A DNA stretch of 41,995 bases from Verrucomicrobiota bacterium (GTDB lineage Bacteria; Verrucomicrobiota; Verrucomicrobiia; Limisphaerales; CANJSG01): contig JBBQXJ010000039.1 in the NCBI GenBank assembly GCA_038209745.1, positions 1 through 41,995 of the forward strand, read 5' to 3'. The notes beneath the pieces were generated by a model. That model was not told the DNA's origin. It ran no database searches and saw nothing but the letters and a program-made list of their open reading frames with translations. Shown piece after piece: positions 9,047-17,053 of the stretch; positions within the stretch are counted from its first letter, which is position 1; every line of letters begins with the position of its first letter. The position numbers and the translations under genes were made by a program.

Positions 9047-9451
9047 TCAAGCCGGCTTCGCCATGAGCCGGGCGAAGAAGCCGCGACCCTCGGTGTCGTG
9101 CTGCTTGACCTTCAGCTGGCCGAGGTTGGACTGCCAGGCAATGAAGACCTTGTGCCACTGGTTTTCGATGCCGCGCAGGGTGCCTTCCGGGAGCTCGGCG
9201 AGATAGCGGAGCGACGGGGTGCTGGAGACGACCGAATGGACCTCGTCCCTCGTCGGGGAGGCGCATTCGATGCGGGCGAGGATCAGCTCCAGCTCCTGGA
9301 TGAGGACGCTTTTGACCTCGAGGAACTGGGATTCGTCCTCGGTCTCGAACTTTTTCATCCGGGCGAGGCCGATGAAATGGCTGAACTGCTTCCAGCATTC
9401 GAGGTAGTTCTCGAGCTGGAGGATCAATTGGTCGAGTTGCTTCGTGGTCAT
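9047..9451 (-). CDS. Hypothetical all-helical protein with a C-terminal amphipathic tail (Mgl cluster)
   Basis: 134-aa ORF with genome-typical codon usage, translationally coupled to the upstream ORF; ends GRGFFARLMAKPA. Confidence 0.75.
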   Translation of the reverse strand: MTTKQLDQLILQLENYLECWKQFSHFIGLARMKKFETEDESQFLEVKSVLIQELELILARIECASPTRDEVHSVVSSTPSLRYLAELPEGTLRGIENQWHKVFIAWQSNLGQLKVKQHDTEGRGFFARLMAKPA

Positions 9452-9768
9452 GTGGCCTGTCTGGTTGCTTCAGGACTGCCGGCGATGGGATAGAGGAAAA
9501 CAATGGCTCCTCCGCGCAGCTCCCGCGCCGTCACGCGCAGCCCCTGAAAATTGAAAGTGAGTTCGGTCAGCGCCAGTTGCGCGCGGTGGGCGTCGCGGAA
9601 CGCCGAAATGATCGCCTCGCACAACGGCCCCTGCACCCGGGCGGCCATGGCTGCCGGGAGCGTGGTCATCACGACCTGGCCCGACGAGTCCACCGTGAAG
9701 GCGCCCTTCGGCGTCCGTGGGATGGTGGCCGGCCGGGGCTTCTTGCGTGACCAGGTGAAGAGGCTCAT
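9448..9768 (-). CDS. Small putative roadblock/profilin-like fold protein
   Basis: KGAFTVDSSGQVVMTTLP, then a helix, then ELTFNFQGLRVTARELRGGAIVFLYP; ATGA overlaps at both ends. Confidence 0.65.
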   Translation of the reverse strand: MSLFTWSRKKPRPATIPRTPKGAFTVDSSGQVVMTTLPAAMAARVQGPLCEAIISAFRDAHRAQLALTELTFNFQGLRVTARELRGGAIVFLYPIAGSPEATRQAT

Positions 9769-10847
9769 GCGGGTTGGTGGATCTTGCTGGTGGTGGCGCG
9801 CACCTGTTCGGCCGAAAGTTTCCGGTTGAAGCCCATGCAGACGATCGTCTCATCCACGGCGGAGATGCCGACGTGGCGTTGGCGGCCTATTCCTTCCACG
9901 TGGCAGAGAGGTCCGAGACCGGCGTCCTGGCCCACCTTCTCGATGGCGCTCCAGGTCTTCTGCGCCCATGCGAGGACGGCATCGTCGCCTTTCGCTTCGA
10001 CTTCCGGAGTCTTCGGAGCGGTCCTGCGGCTCGCAGGAATCCCGGAGGCCTTCTGCCCGCTCATGACAAACTCGACCCCTTCAGCCGACGAAAGCGCGTG
10101 CCACAATGCGGTGTCGAACTCGTCCTCGACCGCGGCGACCGCGGCGGCGCCGCGCATCTCGTCGATCTCCTGGGCGGTGTTCAACAACAGTCCCTGCCAG
10201 GATTGTTCGATCCTACGGGCCCGATCTGGCTGGGCCGGGAGGATCTCGAAGCTGCCGTTGGCCCACCGGAGAATGCGGTTGAAAGCGGCCTCGCCTTCCA
10301 AGCTGCCCAGTTCGGCGTCCATGACCTCTCCGTGGTGGATCCAGATGAACCCTTCCTCGTCGCCATTGGTCAGCCGCAGAAGCGAAGAGCTCCGCGACAG
10401 GCATTCCAACTGGACCAGATCCACCAGGCTCTTCGTCTGCACGCCTTGGAATCCGCCGGGCTGGATCTCGTCCAACAGGCTCTCCACACAGGACTGGAAC
10501 AGACCCAGCTCTTCCTTCGTCCCCGGTTTCTCCCAGACGAGATCCACGCCCAGGCTGTAGGCGCGGGAACGGAGGGAGGAATCGATGCCGTTGGTCATGA
10601 CGACCAGTCGCAGCTGCGGGAACTTCCGACGGACGATGGTCGCCACCTGCAACCCGTCCATCCCCGGCATGTGGAGGTCGGTCACCAGGAGTGAAAAATT
10701 CTCGGATTCGAGAAGCGACATGGCCTTCGCTCCGGACGTGCAGGTTTCAACGACGGGCCGCGATCGCAGGCCCGACAGGGCACCGCGAAAGCGTTCGAGA
10801 ACATCGGTCTCGTCGTCCAGCAGAAGGATTTTTGGCGAAATGGGCAT
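9765..10847 (-). CDS. Response regulator: REC + DUF4388 (PatA_N-like) + degenerate roadblock-like C-terminus
   Basis: KILLLDDE...LLVTDLHMPGMDG...EKP receiver; GFQGVQTKSLVDLVQLECLSRSSSLLRL...GFIWIHHGEVMDAELGSLEGEAAFNRILRWANGSFE is DUF4388-like. Confidence 0.85.
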   Translation of the reverse strand: MPISPKILLLDDETDVLERFRGALSGLRSRPVVETCTSGAKAMSLLESENFSLLVTDLHMPGMDGLQVATIVRRKFPQLRLVVMTNGIDSSLRSRAYSLGVDLVWEKPGTKEELGLFQSCVESLLDEIQPGGFQGVQTKSLVDLVQLECLSRSSSLLRLTNGDEEGFIWIHHGEVMDAELGSLEGEAAFNRILRWANGSFEILPAQPDRARRIEQSWQGLLLNTAQEIDEMRGAAAVAAVEDEFDTALWHALSSAEGVEFVMSGQKASGIPASRRTAPKTPEVEAKGDDAVLAWAQKTWSAIEKVGQDAGLGPLCHVEGIGRQRHVGISAVDETIVCMGFNRKLSAEQVRATTSKIHQPA

Positions 10848-10961
10848 GATTGGCGCTTTGTCGCAAAGGTTATTACGGCCGAAAAGGCTCCGGGCTTAAG
10901 GACAGTAGTTGAACTGCCGACACCACAGATGCCGGAAAAAGCACGAAGCCGGCCGCATCGC

Positions 10962-12773
10962 ATGTTTTCAGCGCTGAAAAAACTATTTGGTCGGAGCGAC
11001 GCTCCGGAATCGACGTGGCCCTCCCCGACCGCTCCGGCGGTCGCGCCGCCGCCAACGCCTCCCTCCGGCTTCCGTCGGATCACAACCGGAGCGCCCACCG
11101 CCCGAGGCGCCGCGCCGCCGCCGATCGAGGCCAGCGCTCGGCGGCCCGTCCCGCCCTCCTTGAGTCCGGCCGATCTCGCTCCAGCGCGTGATATGTTCGC
11201 CCCGTCCAGGCCACGCCCGGCCGGCGACGCCGTGCGGGTGCCGTTCCAGGACATTGCCCCCAGCCTGCCGAAGGAGATCATGCTCCTCGTCAATCCCGGC
11301 GTTGCCGGTGACTTCGAGTTCTCCGCCGCCGTCCTGGTGCCGCAACTCGCTTCCGGAAGGGTCAAGGTGGTCTTCTCCGAGCTCCGGGCCGCCGCTCCGG
11401 CGGGACTTTTCAGAGGAAGCCCCGCGACCGGCGACATGGAGATCTCCTTGCCTCTCGCCGCCATCGTGCCCCGGATCGATCCCGCAAAAATGAGCCGGAA
11501 AATTCCGGTGAAGCGCTGGGACGCCCCGCCGGAAATCAACAATCTCTTCGGTCCCAAAGGCGCCCCGCTCAAACCGGCCGAACCGTTCTTCGAAGGAGGC
11601 TCCGCGCCGAAGTCCGGTTCCCCGGCCGCCGCACGGACGACTCCGGGCGCCTCTGTCCTGACGGCGGTCCCCGTCGTTCCAGCCCACGGTCTGTCCTCCA
11701 CTCCGCCGGCAGCGGCAGCGGAGCCGTCTGCTCGCCAATGGCCCGAGCGGTCCGCCGCGGATGTCCTGGAAATTCCTCTCTCCCAGTTGGCCCCGCTGTG
11801 GCCCGCAGCGATCATCCATGAGATCCGCAAGCTCGGCGCAGGAGGTCATCTGGTCCACCTTCCCGTCAGCATCATCGAGCCCGCTCTCCGCTCCGGCAAA
11901 GTCTGTTTCACCTGGCAACAGATCGCCGCTTGGATCCTCCCGGAGCCCGCCGCAGTTTCGCAGGCCACCGGTGGCACATTGCTCGACCTTCCCCTGAAGG
12001 TGATCGCGCCCCTGTTCGTCGCTCGTTTCCGGGCCCGCGAGAACCAGAAGCGGGTCAAGGTCGACCAGGAGATTCCAGATGTGTTCGGCAACAGGGCCGC
12101 GGCTCCGGTGCCAGTCCCGTCTCCGGTGAACGTCGAACCGCAGGCGGCTCCCACCGCCCCGGTGAAAACCCCGGCGCAGCTCGCTCCGACCGCGGTTGCT
12201 CCCGTCGTGCCTCCGCCCGAATCCGAGCCGCTCGTCCTCGAAGAGGAACCTCCGGCGGCGCCCGAGCCCATCAAGATGCCTTCGATGGAAAGGCCCGCGC
12301 CCAAGGCGTCGGCACCGCCCGCCCCGGCTGAAATTCCACTCCCGATCGTCGTTCCAACCAGTGTCGCCAAGGAGGTGACCCCGCCCGCATCTCGCTTGGG
12401 CGCGCTCTTCGGCCAGCCCCACAGGACCGAGTGGTCGCCGGCAGAAATAGTCCAGAAAGTCTCGCTCCTCCCAGGGGTCTCCGGCGCTGTGATCGCCTTG
12501 GCCGAGGGACTTCCCATCGCCGCGCAATTGCCCTCCACCGTGAACGCCGACGCCTTTGCCGGGTTCATGCCCCAGATGTTCGCCCGCATCGCCCAATACA
12601 CCCGCGAACTCAAGTTCGGCGAGATCAACCGGCTCTCGCTCGAGGTCGACGGGGGCCAGGTGGTCATCTTCCGCGCGGGCCGCGTTTATTTCGGCGTCGT
12701 CGGCGAAGGCACCCATTCTTCAACGGCACAGCTTGCGCTCGTTGCCACGGAACTTTCAAAACTGAACCAATAA
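10962..12773 (+). CDS. Pro-rich scaffold protein with two copies of an unnamed ~85-aa domain and a C-terminal Roadblock/LC7 domain
   Basis: Starts MFSALKKLFG. C-terminal LPGVSGAVIALAEGLPIAAQLP...ELKFGEINRLSLEVDGGQVVIFRAGRVYFGVV is roadblock-like. Confidence 0.82.
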   Translation: MFSALKKLFGRSDAPESTWPSPTAPAVAPPPTPPSGFRRITTGAPTARGAAPPPIEASARRPVPPSLSPADLAPARDMFAPSRPRPAGDAVRVPFQDIAPSLPKEIMLLVNPGVAGDFEFSAAVLVPQLASGRVKVVFSELRAAAPAGLFRGSPATGDMEISLPLAAIVPRIDPAKMSRKIPVKRWDAPPEINNLFGPKGAPLKPAEPFFEGGSAPKSGSPAAARTTPGASVLTAVPVVPAHGLSSTPPAAAAEPSARQWPERSAADVLEIPLSQLAPLWPAAIIHEIRKLGAGGHLVHLPVSIIEPALRSGKVCFTWQQIAAWILPEPAAVSQATGGTLLDLPLKVIAPLFVARFRARENQKRVKVDQEIPDVFGNRAAAPVPVPSPVNVEPQAAPTAPVKTPAQLAPTAVAPVVPPPESEPLVLEEEPPAAPEPIKMPSMERPAPKASAPPAPAEIPLPIVVPTSVAKEVTPPASRLGALFGQPHRTEWSPAEIVQKVSLLPGVSGAVIALAEGLPIAAQLPSTVNADAFAGFMPQMFARIAQYTRELKFGEINRLSLEVDGGQVVIFRAGRVYFGVVGEGTHSSTAQLALVATELSKLNQ

Positions 12774-12784
12774 CGTCGCATCGT

Positions 12785-13396
12785 ATGGCCATCATCAACC
12801 AGGCAACCCGGGAACTTCAGGTAAAGATCGTCTATTACGGACCCGCGAAGTGCGGCAAGACGACCAATCTCGAGCAGGTCCACGCCAACGTTCAGAACGT
12901 GCAGGAGAAGGGCAAGCTCGTCTCCCTCGCCACCAGCTCGGACCGCACGCTCTTCTTTGATTTCCTCCCCATCGAGGCCATGGCGATCAAGGGCTTCAAG
13001 ACCAAGTTCCAGCTCTACACCGTCCCTGGCCAGGTGATCTACAACACCACCCGCCAGCTCGTGCTTCGCGGAGTCGACGGCATCGTTTTCGTGGCGGATT
13101 CCCAATACGACAAGATGCAGGAGAACGTGGAGAGCTTCGCCAACCTCGAGGAGAATCTGAAGAGCCTCCGCCTGAACCTTTCCGACATCCCCTTCGTCAT
13201 CCAATACAACAAGCGGGACCTGCCGAACGTCGCCCCCGTCGACTACATCGAGTTCCTCCTGAACAACCGCGACATCCAAGTCCCCACCTTCGAGGCCTCC
13301 GCGTCGGCCTCCGAGGGCGTCTTCGAGACCCTGAACATGATCACCCGCCTGCTCCTGCATAAATTCATCAACGAGAGCTCGCGCCGCGCGGCCTGA
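12785..13396 (+). CDS. mglA: MglA-family small Ras-like GTPase
   Basis: KIVYYGPAKCGKTTNL (G1), DRTLFFDFLP (G2 with the intrinsic Arg), LYTVPGQV (G3), QYNKRDLP (G4), EASA (G5). Confidence 0.95.
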   Translation: MAIINQATRELQVKIVYYGPAKCGKTTNLEQVHANVQNVQEKGKLVSLATSSDRTLFFDFLPIEAMAIKGFKTKFQLYTVPGQVIYNTTRQLVLRGVDGIVFVADSQYDKMQENVESFANLEENLKSLRLNLSDIPFVIQYNKRDLPNVAPVDYIEFLLNNRDIQVPTFEASASASEGVFETLNMITRLLLHKFINESSRRAA

Positions 13397-13415
13397 ACCC
13401 TCGCCCAGGAACCCC

Positions 13416-13898
13416 ATGTTGAGCCTCCCACAGCTCATCGAAGAAGACGTCGAGGTGCTCGACGCCGCGCTGGGTCTGCTCCTTATCAAGTCGGAAGCCG
13501 TGGCGGCCCTCATCATCGACAAAGGCGGCCCCCTCATCATCCAGAAGGGCGATCACGACAAGATCGACACCACCACGATGGCCGCCCTGGCCGCAGGATC
13601 CTTCTGCGCGAACCAGGCCATCGCCGACCTCGTCGGTGAGACCGACTTCAGCAGCATCTACCAGCAGGGCCAGAGCCACAGCCTCCTCGTCATGAACGTC
13701 GACGACCAGCTCCTGCTGGTCGTCATCTTCAAGGCCGAACTCAGCGTCGGAGCCGTCAAATACTTCGCCCTTACCACCGTCGAATCCGTCGCGGAACAGA
13801 TCCGCAAGGCCCGCCTCCGAGACCCCGACGAGGGCATCGACCTCGTGGAGCTCAACCTCGTCGACGCTTCGGTTCTCTTCACCCGCAAATCCGGCTGA
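13416..13898 (+). CDS. mglB: MglB-family roadblock GTPase-activating protein
   Basis: ALIIDKGGPLI...DTTTMAALAAGSFCANQAIADLVGETDFSSIYQQG...LLVVIFKAELSVGAVK; 19 bp downstream of mglA. Confidence 0.9.
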   Translation: MLSLPQLIEEDVEVLDAALGLLLIKSEAVAALIIDKGGPLIIQKGDHDKIDTTTMAALAAGSFCANQAIADLVGETDFSSIYQQGQSHSLLVMNVDDQLLLVVIFKAELSVGAVKYFALTTVESVAEQIRKARLRDPDEGIDLVELNLVDASVLFTRKSG

Positions 13899-14002
13899 TC
13901 GAGACCCGTTCCTCGGTCGTGCCAAACGGGACCGGGTTTCGTCATCGGGTCTTCGTCGGCCGCTCGCCACCGTGCCGCCAAAGCGCCACCCAGGGCCTCC
14001 GT

Positions 14003-14242
14003 TCAATAACGCCTCCGCACTGGATCCTTCCCTACTCCATCCGTTCCCGCCTCGGCCAACACACCTGCGGTCGCCAACACACCTGCGGTCGCCAACGCGC
14101 CCTGATCGAGGAGAAGCACCAGCTCCTCGTCCTGGACCAGACCCCAGGACCCGACGACGAACAACGCCAGGGCGTTCTTTTCTGGAGAAAGCCCAGCGGA
14201 GAATCGCATGGCAGCCGGGGCGGCGGCGGAACCGGAGCCTTG
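14003..14242 (+). pseudogene. N-terminal gene remnant (possibly CorA-like family) carrying an 18-bp tandem duplication
   Basis: PPHWILPYSIRSRLGQHTCGRQ(HTCGRQ)RALIEEKHQLLVLDQTPGPDDEQRQGVLFWRKPSG; protein-like quality is lost afterwards. Confidence 0.4.
14055..14096. repeat. 18-bp tandem duplication
   Basis: gccaacacacctgcggtc x2 plus gccaac. Confidence 0.9.
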
Positions 14243-14465
14243 AGCCCGAAAGGCGAAGTTCAATCTGGGATCGCCTTGGGGAATGGGTTTGAGGCCGGCA
14301 GATTGCGATGGAAACGAAGCCAAGAGAGTGCGCCCACAAACCCGCCGACGCGACATTCTCTCCGGGGTTCGCCGGGGCCAAGCCCGTGCTGAGCGAGACG
14401 CCGAAGGCCGTGATGCCTGTGGCGGCTTGTGCAGATTCGTCGCGTTCCTCGGGCAGATCGGGTTC

Positions 14466-14655
14466 GGCGCCCGTGCCCAGCCGCTCGACTTTCTCCAGTT
14501 TGGGGAACAACGCCGCCACCATTTCCAGCGAAGGCGCTTCAAAGCGTGGACGTTGCCCCGCGCCTTCGGTTTCGACGCCCTGCGCCATCAGGGAAGCCGG
14601 GCAGGTGCCGCCCGGGACCGAGGCGGGGACCGGCTTGCCGCATTTCGGACCCTGT
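14466..14655 (-). pseudogene. N-terminal remnant of a PVC-type Ser/Thr protein kinase
   Basis: PKCGKPVPASVPGGTCPASLMAQG...RFEAPSLEMVAALFPKLEKVERLGTGA: zinc-ribbon-like leader and start of kinase subdomain I, broken at the Gly-rich loop. Confidence 0.6.
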
Positions 14656-14848
14656 ATGGGGACGTTCAAGAGAGTGTTCGTGGCGGTTTTATCGAGTGGC
14701 CATGAACCCCAGAAGCATTTTCGGGGAAGTATTTCCGGGAAATGGATCTTCCAGCCTCCCACGCGAAGGGGCACCCGATATCTCCCCGTCACTGCATTCT
14801 TTCCGCGTGCGTTTCCGGGGAGCCGTTCCTACCTTCCAGCGCTCTGAT

Positions 14849-15682
14849 ATGACGGATCTGGTTGTTCAAGGTTCCGGCGCCACCGCCGAGGTCGCGGCCC
14901 ACTTGGCGGAACTCTGCGGTGCCGCCCCGCCCCAGCCGCAGGGCAGCGGGGCGTGGCGTCTCGCCGACCCTGCGCGCATCGACGGCCTCGCCACGGCAGC
15001 CGCCGCCGCATCGTGTGACATCGCCCTCGTCCCGGCGGACCGTCGCCTCGCCGACTTCCGCCTCGTGGTGATGGACATGGATTCCACCCTCATCACCATC
15101 GAGTGCATCGACGAGATCGCCGACATGGTGGGCTTGAAGCCTCGGGTCGCCGCCATCACCGCCTCGGCCATGCGCGGCGAAATCCCCTTCGCCGAAAGCC
15201 TCCGTCGGCGCGTCGGCCTGCTCGATGGACTGGATGGATCGGCCCTCCAACGGGTCTACGACGAACGCCTGGAACTCTCTCCCGGTGCCGAAACGATGCT
15301 GGCGGCGATGCGCGCCGCCGGCCTGAAGACCCTGCTCGTCTCCGGCGGGTTCACCTTCTTCACCAGCCGGCTCCAGCAGCGGCTGGGTCTCGATTTCACC
15401 CTCGCGAACACCTTGGAGACCTCCGGCGGCAAGCTCACCGGCCGCGTCCTCGGCGACATCGTCGATGCCACCGCGAAGGCCGGGAAGGTGAAGTCGGTCT
15501 GTGCCGAGCTCGGCATCGAGACGCGCCGGACCGTCGTCATCGGCGACGGGGCCAACGACCTCGAGATGATGGCCCTTGCCGGCGTCAGCATCGCCTACCG
15601 GGCCAAACCCCTCGTCCAGGCAAAGGCCACCCACCCGCTCAACTTCTCCGGACTCGACGCCGTTCTGAACCTCTTCCGCTGA
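14849..15682 (+). CDS. serB: Phosphoserine phosphatase (HAD family)
   Basis: VMDMDSTLITIECIDEIA, LVSGGF, IGDGANDL. Confidence 0.93.
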   Translation: MTDLVVQGSGATAEVAAHLAELCGAAPPQPQGSGAWRLADPARIDGLATAAAAASCDIALVPADRRLADFRLVVMDMDSTLITIECIDEIADMVGLKPRVAAITASAMRGEIPFAESLRRRVGLLDGLDGSALQRVYDERLELSPGAETMLAAMRAAGLKTLLVSGGFTFFTSRLQQRLGLDFTLANTLETSGGKLTGRVLGDIVDATAKAGKVKSVCAELGIETRRTVVIGDGANDLEMMALAGVSIAYRAKPLVQAKATHPLNFSGLDAVLNLFR

Positions 15683-15692
15683 TCCCATCGCC

Positions 15693-16610
15693 ATGCCCCG
15701 CAAAGCCACCGATCCAGCTCCCGCCGAACAGCCCGTTCCGGAGCTCGTCCCCGACGTCAGCCTCGGAGGCCGCAACCACGGCATCGTCTCCGTCAGCGTC
15801 GCCAATGTCCGCTTGGAGCCGCAGCACTGGTCCGAACTGCTCACCCAGCTCCTCCTCGGCACCACGGTCACTCTGAGCCGGCACAAGGACGGTTGGTTCG
15901 AGGCCACCTCGCCCGAAGGCATGACCGGATGGATCGAGCGGCAGGAGCTAGTCCAGACCGACGACGCCGGCCTGGCCGCGTGGATTTCCGCCTCCCAGAT
16001 CATCGTCACCGCGTTCCACGATTTCCTCTGGGAACAGCCCGACGAAAAGTCGCTGCCCGTCTCGGATGTCGTCACCGGCGTCATCCTGAAGCGCGTCGCG
16101 AGCAGCAGCGGTTGGATCACCATCGAGATGCCGGACGGCCGCATCGGCCATCTCCAACGACATTCCGGCACCGAGTTCGCCACTTGGAAACGCAGCACGC
16201 GCGCCACCGCCGCCAACATCGAACGGACCGCAAAATCCTTCCACGGCCTGCCCTATCTCTGGGGCGGCACCTCGACCAAGGGCGTCGACTGCTCCGGCTT
16301 CACCCAGACCGTGTTCCGGCTGAACGGCATCCAGCTCCCGCGGGATGCCTGGCAGCAAGGGACGGAAGCCGGCCGTCTCGTCGATCCGGGAACGCACTTC
16401 CAGGATCTGCACAAAGGCGACCTCCTCTTCTTCAGCGGACAAAACGGCCGCACCGGAGCCAAAGGCATCACCCACGTCGGGATTTATCTGGAGAAGCGCA
16501 CGTTCATCCACTGCTCGGGCCGCGTGCAGTTCAACAGCTTCGACCCCGCTTCGCCGCTCTTCGCGGAAGACCGGCTGCGGACTTTCCACAGCGTTCGCCG
16601 CGTGCTGTGA
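15693..16610 (+). CDS. SH3b + NlpC/P60 peptidoglycan peptidase (YkfC-like)
   Basis: ELLTQLLLGTTV...GWF...GWI SH3-like regions; PYLWGGTSTKGVDCSGF, GDLLFF, HVGIYL, FIHCSG. Confidence 0.9.
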   Translation: MPRKATDPAPAEQPVPELVPDVSLGGRNHGIVSVSVANVRLEPQHWSELLTQLLLGTTVTLSRHKDGWFEATSPEGMTGWIERQELVQTDDAGLAAWISASQIIVTAFHDFLWEQPDEKSLPVSDVVTGVILKRVASSSGWITIEMPDGRIGHLQRHSGTEFATWKRSTRATAANIERTAKSFHGLPYLWGGTSTKGVDCSGFTQTVFRLNGIQLPRDAWQQGTEAGRLVDPGTHFQDLHKGDLLFFSGQNGRTGAKGITHVGIYLEKRTFIHCSGRVQFNSFDPASPLFAEDRLRTFHSVRRVL

Positions 16611-16674
16611 TGGTTCTGGAGCGGCGGAGGTGGCGCCACCGCTTCCTTTCTGGGGATCGACCGGTTCAACCCGA

Positions 16675-16742
16675 AGCCGCCGACGTGAGGAGGCGGAACC
16701 CGCTGTCTTCGGCGATGAAACCGCCTCCTTACCTTGGCGGCT
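16675..16742. repeat. REPIN-like inverted repeat
   Basis: agccgccgacgtgaggaggcgg ... ccgcctccttaccttggcggct (22-bp arms, 3 mismatches). Confidence 0.7.
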
Positions 16743-16746
16743 AAGA

Positions 16747-16935
16747 TCAACCAACAGCCAACAGCCAAGCCGTCGTCCGTGGAGAGCTCAACTCCACGAA
16801 GCGAACCTTCGGCAGAATCCGTTCACGGAAGCTGGCGACCAGCGTCCAGTCGCGGTGCATCCCCGGCAGATAGACCAGCGTCTGCGCCTCGGCCGGACCG
16901 TGGATCCGCACGCTGATGACGGTGTCGCTGATCAT
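16747..16935 (-). pseudogene. Truncated alpha/beta-hydrolase N-terminus
   Basis: VRIHGPAEAQTLVYLPGMHRDWTLVASFR...VRFVEL; stops after 62 aa, before any nucleophile elbow, next to the REPIN. Confidence 0.55.
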
Positions 16936-16955
16936 GGGGGAGGAAGAAACTCTTT

Positions 16956-17053
16956 AACCACAGATGGACACAGATCCACACAGATAGCGGAGAAGCCATC
17001 GGCTTTCCCGCCCTGCGGACTCCATCTGCGTCTATCGGTGTCCATCTGTGGTT
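16956..17053. repeat. Decamer-based inverted repeat element (ACCACAGATGGACAC type)
   Basis: aaccacagatggacac(agatccacacagat) ... (atctgcgtctatcg)gtgtccatctgtggtt; perfect 16-bp outer arms. Confidence 0.85.

Noticed and set aside
14055..14096. Possible mini-CRISPR array
   Set aside because: Only two adjacent 18-bp units with no spacers and no cas genes; a simple slippage duplication.
13368..14792. 474-aa minus-strand ORF as a real gene
   Set aside because: Only about 60 codons resemble a kinase N-terminus; the rest is antisense to mglB and to another stub.
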